Positions 57,994 through 64,000 of a stretch of 64,000 nucleotides of DNA are shown here, in pieces. Under the pieces are notes generated by a model. That model did not search any database. It saw only the letters and a list, made by a program, of their open reading frames with translations, and was not told where the DNA came from. Every line of letters begins with the position of its first letter. Within the stretch, counting starts at the first letter, position 1. The position numbers and the translations under genes were made by a program. This DNA is from Candidatus Eiseniibacteriota bacterium (GTDB taxonomy: Bacteria > Arandabacterota > Arandabacteria > Arandabacterales > Arandabacteraceae), in NCBI GenBank assembly GCA_043810925.1, contig JBDRNT010000089.1, positions 1 to 64,000 on the forward strand. The letters are read 5' to 3'.

Positions 57994-58605
57994 ATGACAG
58001 CCAAGAAAAGCAAGAAGACGACAAGGAAAGACACAGCGAGAGAGTGGATCAAATCCATAATAATCGCGCTGATACTCGCGCTGGCGACCAGGGCCACGGT
58101 CGTACAGGCTTTTCGAATACCGACCTCATCGATGGAGGAGACACTCCTGGTGGGGGATTTTCTGCTTGTCAACAAGTTCATCTACGGATCTAAAATACCC
58201 TTCACGAACTTCAGACTTCCAAAGCTCCGGCAGCCCAAGACAGGCGACATCATCGTCTTCAAGCACCCGAGCGAGGGGAAGGATTTCATCAAGAGATGCA
58301 TAGGCATGCCGGGGGACAAGGTCGAACTCAGGAACGATGTGGTCTACGTGAACGATTCCCCGCTTGATGAGCCTTACAAGATACTGCACGGATACGGCGG
58401 ATCGATGTCAAACTTCGGGCCGGTGACGGTCCCCGAAGGGCACCTGTTCATGATGGGGGACAACCGTCACAACAGCTATGACAGTAGGTCCTGGGGGCCG
58501 CTTGACCAGACCTATGTCAAGGGGAAGGCGATGGTCATATACTTCTCCTGGAACAAGGATTCGCACTTCCCCCGGTGGACGCGGTTCGGGAAGATTCTTC
58601 GCTGA
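57994..58605 (+). CDS. lepB: Signal peptidase I
   Basis: IPTSSME, IKRC.G.PGD, MGDNRHNSYDSR. Confidence 0.95.
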   Translation: MTAKKSKKTTRKDTAREWIKSIIIALILALATRATVVQAFRIPTSSMEETLLVGDFLLVNKFIYGSKIPFTNFRLPKLRQPKTGDIIVFKHPSEGKDFIKRCIGMPGDKVELRNDVVYVNDSPLDEPYKILHGYGGSMSNFGPVTVPEGHLFMMGDNRHNSYDSRSWGPLDQTYVKGKAMVIYFSWNKDSHFPRWTRFGKILR

Positions 58606-58712
58606 GACCCACTCCGGGCTCGATGTGAGGAGAACTGAAGGCTCGTAGGGACGCGTGCGGCGATAGCCCTGCAAACCGGGGCTAATCGGCCCATATAATG
58701 CCCAGATTCCCA

Positions 58713-58740
58713 TAAAGATCGAGCATTCAGGAGCCGATAC
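58713..58740 (+). promoter_or_regulatory. Sigma-28-like promoter
   Basis: TAAAG-N15-GCCGATAC. Confidence 0.6.
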
Positions 58741-58803
58741 AGGTGTTAAACGGCAGACTTATAACATAGGACTCGTACCAAGTTAAGTACCTTTCGGAGG
58801 AGA

Positions 58804-59781
58804 ATGGTGACATCTGGGAGGGGCATGTACGGATGCGTGCTCGTGTGCCTTGTTCTAGTGATATGTTCAATTCCCGCGCTGTTTCCCCGGGCTGTCCTGG
58901 GGCAGGACATCACGGTTGCGGTTGTTGAGAGCAGACGCATAAAGGCATACGATCTTGCGCTCGATGGCTTCAAGGAAGTCATGGCAAGGCGGGGATACAC
59001 CGCCACGTTTGTCCGCTACGTGGTGGATGTCGACCTGCACACACCCGATGATCTGGAGGCGGCGATGGATAGAACCGGCGCTGCAGTAATACTCGCTCTC
59101 GGAACCGATGCCGCCAAACTAGTCAAAGAAGCGCACACCGCAGTACCGACCGTTTTCTCGATGGTCTCCGAACCCGGTCAGAGCGGTCTATTAAATGCCG
59201 GTACCAACGGCGGCTCGCCAATGACCGGTGTGTGCCTTGATGTACCCGTTGAAACCCAGTTCTCATCGCTGCTTGATGTTGTACCGCGGGCGAGCAAGAT
59301 CGGCGTGGTGTACAATCCGGATGAAAGCCAGTTCATTGTCGATGCCGCACGGAGTGCTGCCAATCGCATGAACCTTGGTCTTGTCACCTATCCGGTGCAC
59401 TCAGAGGCCGAAGTCCCGGAGGCTTTGACTGCGCTCAGGCCGAGGATAGATGCGCTCTGGCTCGTGAGTGACCGGATGGTACTGACCACCCAGTCGCTCC
59501 AGTATGTCTTCCTGTTCACGTTCCAGACGAATCTCCCGCTGATGGGTCTTTCCGAGCACTTTGTCAAGATGGGTGCCCTGTGTGCGGTGGGTCCCGACTA
59601 CAGAGACATCGGTATGCAATCGGGCGAGTTTGCAGTACAGATTCTGGGTGGCCGCGACCCCGAGGAGCTTCCCATGGCCGCTCCAAGAAAAGTCCTGCTG
59701 TCTCTGAATCTCAGGACGGCCGAGATCATAGGCCTCCGCATCCCCGAGGGCGTAATCCGCCAAGCTTCTTCAATTTACTGA
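58804..59781 (+). CDS. ABC_sub_bind-type periplasmic binding protein
   Basis: Signal peptide; PTVFSMVSEP, IGVVYNP, DALW, NLRTAEIIGL. Confidence 0.85.
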   Translation: MVTSGRGMYGCVLVCLVLVICSIPALFPRAVLGQDITVAVVESRRIKAYDLALDGFKEVMARRGYTATFVRYVVDVDLHTPDDLEAAMDRTGAAVILALGTDAAKLVKEAHTAVPTVFSMVSEPGQSGLLNAGTNGGSPMTGVCLDVPVETQFSSLLDVVPRASKIGVVYNPDESQFIVDAARSAANRMNLGLVTYPVHSEAEVPEALTALRPRIDALWLVSDRMVLTTQSLQYVFLFTFQTNLPLMGLSEHFVKMGALCAVGPDYRDIGMQSGEFAVQILGGRDPEELPMAAPRKVLLSLNLRTAEIIGLRIPEGVIRQASSIY

Positions 59782-59969
59782 TGGGGTCAGGCTTTGAATT
59801 CTGGAATTCCCGTCTCATCTGAAGCACTGCAATTCTCAAGGGGTCAGAGCTCGAAAATTGCACGGTCGGTTTCACCGCACGCAATTTTCGAGCTCTGACC
59901 CCAGGCTTAGGTGCTATGCACTGGAATCCCAGAATTCAAAGCCTGACCCCATCTGTTGACCCCATCTGT
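59780..59969. repeat. Nested GGGGTCAG palindromes with a 13-bp tandem duplication
   Basis: Outer 31-bp arms (59780-59810 / 59923-59953, one mismatch); inner perfect 22-bp arms (59840-59861 / 59881-59902); tgaccccatctgt twice at 59944-59969. Confidence 0.92.
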
Positions 59970-61666
59970 TACTTGGTGTCGTCGAGTCTAAAAGCGACAG
60001 GTATGGCGATAGTCATGTCGATCGGCTTGCCGTCCCTGGTCGCGGGTTTGAATTTCCACGTGCTGAGAGCTTCGATTGCACTCTCAGAGAGTGAAGGATA
60101 ACCTTCAACTCCCTCCGTGACTTCTATCTTGCCGGTCGAGCCATCCTTCTTGACCTGCACCTCGAGGACTACTTTGCCCGAGATCCCGGCCTTCCTTGCG
60201 TCCTCCGGGTACACGGGTTTGATAGTGGGCTGATCGATCAGTTCCGGCGGGCTCTCGACCCCGAGGGGCTTCTCCTTGCCATCCAGCCTGAACCTGACCG
60301 GTATTACGATAGTCATCTCTATGGGCGTACCGGCTTCGGTCGCGGGTTCGAACTTCCACTTGCGCACCGCCTCTTCCGCGCTCTTGTCGAGTGCGGGACA
60401 TTCGGGAACTCCCTGCTTGAGCGCCACCGCACCGACGCTGCCGTCCTTCTTCACCGTGACATCGAGCAGCACCTCGCCGCCAATCCCACCCTTGCGGGCA
60501 ACTTCCGGATACTCGGGGAGTACATAGGATCCCTTCACGAGTTTGGGTGGTTGGGTGAGGTCCTTATCGCCGACCTCCATATTCACTTCCATCGCTTTCT
60601 CGGGTGGAGTGGAAGTCTTGACCTCCTTGTCTTCCCCTTCGGTTCCCGCAAGGGGAGGGAGGGGAAGAAGTGAAACGGCCAGGACAAATGCAACTGCCGC
60701 GCTAAGTGCCAAACGATGTCTCATCATGGTGACATACCTCCCGTTGTGGCTCAAACGACTGAGACGTTGGTGAAGGAGTGATGACCTGGGTGTACCGATC
60801 CCTGCCGGCGAACAAGACGGCAGGAGGCCGATATTGACCGTACGCGCAAGTGCTCTGGCGTATGCCCGCGGGGTGACCCCACCGTCGACGGCTGCCTCAT
60901 CGCATGCGATCTCGCACGAGGAAGCGAGTCTGCCGAGGACCACCCACAGAAGCGGGTAGTAGAAGAAAACAGCCAGTGCGCACCTCTGTATGACCGATCT
61001 TAACGGATCGAAACGCCGCCGGTGCTCGTTCTCGTGGAGAAGGACCGCCCGAAGTTCGGGTGTCGTCAGTTCGGCGATCATCGCTTCGGATATCATGATC
61101 CTCCGGCGGAGAACACCCTCAACCGCAGGCATTGCCGAACCGGATACGATCCGTATTACGCCAAGCGGTACTCCTGTTTCCTTAAGAGCCTCTGCCACGC
61201 GGTGGCCCAACTCCTCCCGGACTCCAGCGACAGACACGGCCTCAACAAAACCTCCAGCCTGTCTTTGCCTCGCCCAGCGAACCCCGAGATATATAGCGCC
61301 CCCCATCCAGGCACCAGTGAGTAGCCCCGGCAGAGCTGCTCCGAACCACCGTCCACTTGACTGCCCGGAGACCGCAAGTACCGTGGGGTCTATAACCGCA
61401 TAAGCATGTCCCAGCCATGCTGATGAACCTCCGCCGCCGAAAACAGAGGGGATGACCCGCTCAAGCAACGGCAGCACGGTTCTTCTTGCCAGCGGCAGGA
61501 GGACCTTGACGAGTCCGATCGTCCAGAGCCCGTTGACCAGCCGGGCAGGCGCGCTTCTCATGGCCCGGGCCAGGAGAAAGAGCGGCAACAGGACCAGGGT
61601 CGTTTGCCAGAGATGAGCGGCAACCGCCAGCCAGAGTTCTCCAAGCAGACTGCTGTCAGGAATCAT
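59969..61666 (-). CDS. BlaR1/M56 peptidase fused to two TonB C-terminal domains
   Basis: HENEH..R.D, EIACD; two P.YPE.ARK.GI.G.V...WKF.PA repeats. Confidence 0.9.
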   Translation of the reverse strand: MIPDSSLLGELWLAVAAHLWQTTLVLLPLFLLARAMRSAPARLVNGLWTIGLVKVLLPLARRTVLPLLERVIPSVFGGGGSSAWLGHAYAVIDPTVLAVSGQSSGRWFGAALPGLLTGAWMGGAIYLGVRWARQRQAGGFVEAVSVAGVREELGHRVAEALKETGVPLGVIRIVSGSAMPAVEGVLRRRIMISEAMIAELTTPELRAVLLHENEHRRRFDPLRSVIQRCALAVFFYYPLLWVVLGRLASSCEIACDEAAVDGGVTPRAYARALARTVNIGLLPSCSPAGIGTPRSSLLHQRLSRLSHNGRYVTMMRHRLALSAAVAFVLAVSLLPLPPLAGTEGEDKEVKTSTPPEKAMEVNMEVGDKDLTQPPKLVKGSYVLPEYPEVARKGGIGGEVLLDVTVKKDGSVGAVALKQGVPECPALDKSAEEAVRKWKFEPATEAGTPIEMTIVIPVRFRLDGKEKPLGVESPPELIDQPTIKPVYPEDARKAGISGKVVLEVQVKKDGSTGKIEVTEGVEGYPSLSESAIEALSTWKFKPATRDGKPIDMTIAIPVAFRLDDTK

Positions 61667-61682
61667 AACGTTCACCTCACGC

Positions 61683-62075
61683 TCAGGTCTTTCGCTTCTT
61701 TTTTCCAGGGTTCCCGGTGCCGATCTGGCGTTCGAGCTCCTTGAGATCCTCAAGGGTGACCTCTTTCATGTCGGCCAGCTGGGCGACGAGTGGAGCCGCG
61801 GCACCGTCGAAAGTGGCTTCCAGGAATCGCCGGATCTCCTTGCGGATCATCGCTGAAGGCTTGATCGCCGAGCGATAGACCCAGGCCCTTTCCCGCTTCC
61901 GCACCCTGACAACTGCGCCCTTTTCCTCGAGGCGCTCCACGATCTTGCGGACCGTGGAGTAGGTCGGAGGATCGTGGAGGTCCTCACAAATCTCTCGTAT
62001 CGTCGCCTCGCCTCTGTCCCAGAGTTTTCTCAGGCACTGGAGCTCGAAACGCGACAGGTCGGGCAGTTTTCGCAT
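61683..62075 (-). CDS. BlaI/MecI/CopY-family repressor
   Basis: LSRFEL..L..LW, YSTV..IVERL.EKG. Confidence 0.92.
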   Translation of the reverse strand: MRKLPDLSRFELQCLRKLWDRGEATIREICEDLHDPPTYSTVRKIVERLEEKGAVVRVRKRERAWVYRSAIKPSAMIRKEIRRFLEATFDGAAAPLVAQLADMKEVTLEDLKELERQIGTGNPGKKKRKT

Positions 62076-62097
62076 TGTGAGAGTCCTCCTTATTCTA

Positions 62098-62146
62098 GTG
62101 CGACATCTGTCACATTTACTCTAAGACAAGTGTCGCACTTTGTCAA
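62098..62146 (-). promoter_or_regulatory. Promoter with two BlaI-type operators
   Basis: TTGACA-N17-TAGAGT (minus, 62146-62118); GACA-N2-TGTC boxes at 62102-62111 and 62125-62134. Confidence 0.75.
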
Positions 62147-62382
62147 GGGGTCTGATTATCCGGGTGTCGAAATAACCCTGAGTCCCGCCCTGCGGTTCAA
62201 TCCGGAGTGTGACGGCGGTTAAGCACCGTATTTTGCCAAGCGATGCGACCGGCAAGCCGGTATGTGTCGGACAGGATGTCTCAGCACTTCTCTCCTTATT
62301 ACCGTGTCCAGCCCAATGGTCGGCACTTGGAGGAGGGGTTTTGACCGGCTTGCCAGATCGCCCGCAAACATATTCACGACTA

Positions 62383-62775
62383 TCATCTCTTTCGTTTTGC
62401 CTTCTTGCTCAGTGTCGCCTTGAAGGTTCGCGCGATTTCCCCGGCGCTCAATCCTTCAGATGATGCAGCCCGCAGGAGCGGACCAAGGTCTTCGATGAGC
62501 CTCTGTCTTGCCATAGCCTTTCTTCTGTCATCACGTATCTCTGATACGAAGAAGCCCTTGCCGCGTCGGGAGTGAATGAGCCCATCGCGCTCAAGGTTTT
62601 CATAGCCGCGCTGGACCGTGATAACGCTGACACGCTCTTGCCTGGCAAGTGAGCGGATCGACGGGAGCATCGTCCCGGCGGGTGCGTCACCGGCCAGTAT
62701 CAATGCCCGTATCTGCCGCGATATCTGGCTCTGCAAGGGTTCGTTTGATACGTCGGACAAGTTGAGCAGCATCAC
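62383..62775 (-). CDS. GntR (YtrA subfamily) regulator
   Basis: LPSIRSLA...VSVITVQRGY..LE.DG...RRGKGFFV. Confidence 0.92.
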   Translation of the reverse strand: MMLLNLSDVSNEPLQSQISRQIRALILAGDAPAGTMLPSIRSLARQERVSVITVQRGYENLERDGLIHSRRGKGFFVSEIRDDRRKAMARQRLIEDLGPLLRAASSEGLSAGEIARTFKATLSKKAKRKR

Positions 62776-62779
62776 ACCC

Positions 62780-64000
62780 TCAAGAGTCCACGCTGTTGAC
62801 TCTCACAAGCAGCAGCGTTCTATCGTCATCCGGCAACTCACCGGGACTGAACGTATGGAGATCGTTTTTTATGACCTGTATGATCTCGCCCGGATCGAGA
62901 TGGCGATTGCGAATCAAGAGGTCCTTCAGACGGAGCTCGCCGTAGGGCTTTCCATTGCTGGCCACGCTTCGGGTGACGCCGTCCGTGTACAAGAGGATGG
63001 AGTCCCCTTCGCGGATATCTATGCTCTCGGCCCGGCGGTCGAGGTCCCCGGCAGCACCCAGTACCGGTCCCGTCGTCTTCAGGACAATGATTTCCCCGTT
63101 ACGTCTGACGAGAAGGGGGGAGACATGCCCGGCATTTGCAAACTCGAGCTTGCCGCGGGCACGATCAATGATGCCGTAGAAAAGCGTGGTGAAGGATCCG
63201 TCCGAACCATCTCGCGCAAGACGGCCGTCGAGGTCGCTCATGGTCTGCCGTATGGTATTACCGTTACCGATGTCGCCCTTGACGATGGTCTGAATCTGGG
63301 ATATGAGAATCGCTGCCGGAATTCCCTTACCGCACGTGTCGGCGATCACCAGTCCCAACCGGGTCTCCCCGATGGGGAAGTAGTCATAGAAGTCCCCGAC
63401 CACGGTGTGAGAGGACGTGCTGGAGGTGGTGATGTCGAAGCCGCCCTGAAGGGCACGGCCCTCCCGGAGAAGGTTTGCCTGGATCTTCTGGGCTATCCTG
63501 AGCTCGTCTTCCATCCGCCGTTTCTCCACGGCCTTGATGTAGTCGCGTGCGCTCGCAAGCGCATCGGCAAACTCGCGCACGAGAATCACCAGGAGTTCCA
63601 GACTCTCCTCCGCGTAATCGCCGCCACCGGTCCGCTCACCGAGGGTAACCACACCGTCAAGCCTGCGGTCTTTCTTAAGCGGCATGACAATCCTTGCACC
63701 GAGTCTCGAGAATACTTCAAGCGGATCACCCGACGGATCGTCGCCGGATGGAGATTCAACGCGGAGTGGCGCGTTCGCATCGATCAGGGCCCTGACGAGA
63801 GCGTCATCGCTTCTCACCACGAAGGCGATGTCGGCCCCCGGGGATAACGCTTCGGCAAAACGATACTCGTTTCCGTCATAGAAAAAGACCTGGATGTCTC
63901 CCGCACCCGTGAAGGTGCGGATGTTCTGTGAGAGCATTTCGCAGAGATTGGGAATGCTCAGGGCCGAAAGCAGGTCGTGTGAAAACGAATCTATGGCGCT
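62780..64000 (-). CDS. PP2C/SpoIIE (RsbU-like) phosphatase with GAF-like region; 5' end lies outside the window
   Basis: VGDFYD, ADTCGKG, NAGH, YTDG, DDRT; frame stays open to position 64000. Confidence 0.9.
   Translation of the reverse strand, partial: SAIDSFSHDLLSALSIPNLCEMLSQNIRTFTGAGDIQVFFYDGNEYRFAEALSPGADIAFVVRSDDALVRALIDANAPLRVESPSGDDPSGDPLEVFSRLGARIVMPLKKDRRLDGVVTLGERTGGGDYAEESLELLVILVREFADALASARDYIKAVEKRRMEDELRIAQKIQANLLREGRALQGGFDITTSSTSSHTVVGDFYDYFPIGETRLGLVIADTCGKGIPAAILISQIQTIVKGDIGNGNTIRQTMSDLDGRLARDGSDGSFTTLFYGIIDRARGKLEFANAGHVSPLLVRRNGEIIVLKTTGPVLGAAGDLDRRAESIDIREGDSILLYTDGVTRSVASNGKPYGELRLKDLLIRNRHLDPGEIIQVIKNDLHTFSPGELPDDDRTLLLVRVNSVDS

Noticed and set aside
62618-63847. 409-aa plus-strand ORF
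   Set aside because: Antisense shadow of the PP2C and GntR genes, with no motifs

Overview
GC-rich bacterial chromosome segment with no prophage, integrase, transposase, rRNA or CRISPR array. C-terminal 'TWGxIKxxYR' tails, a Por/FlgD-like C-terminal domain, LPS genes and TonB systems suggest a diderm FCB-associated candidate lineage such as Eisenbacteria or Krumholzibacteria (inference only). In order: two secreted beta-helix paralogues (one frameshifted), an extracellular endonuclease I, serine hydrolase, OmpA, alpha/beta hydrolase, lipoprotein, a sigma-54 activator with its likely target gene, an Rrf2-iscS-nadA-thiF-mnmA sulfur operon, a tandemly duplicated type IV minor pilin operon (one copy internally deleted), a Zn-finger/degenerate GGDEF protein, pfkA, LPS genes, porin, two pilins, a spermidine-synthase-like TPR protein, radical SAM, HAD, TonB receptor, galE-kinase-regulator, tRNA-Phe and tRNA-Thr, an AlkP-TPR protein, a three-gene cassette with a stand-alone cyanophycin synthetase N-domain, a GT-C, glmS-cstA-ridA-selD(Sec)-selC-DUF5683-lepB, an ABC-type binding protein, BlaI/BlaR-TonB, GntR and a PP2C phosphatase. 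Best leads: (1) the free CphA N-domain Zn peptidase (Cx19HxxEH intact) coupled to an Asn pseudo-receiver; (2) six sigma-28-like promoters with identical spacing in front of pilin and signalling genes; (3) a GGGGTCAG palindromic repeat family, one copy of which supplies the -35 boxes of two divergent promoters. All calls are by eye; no searches were run.
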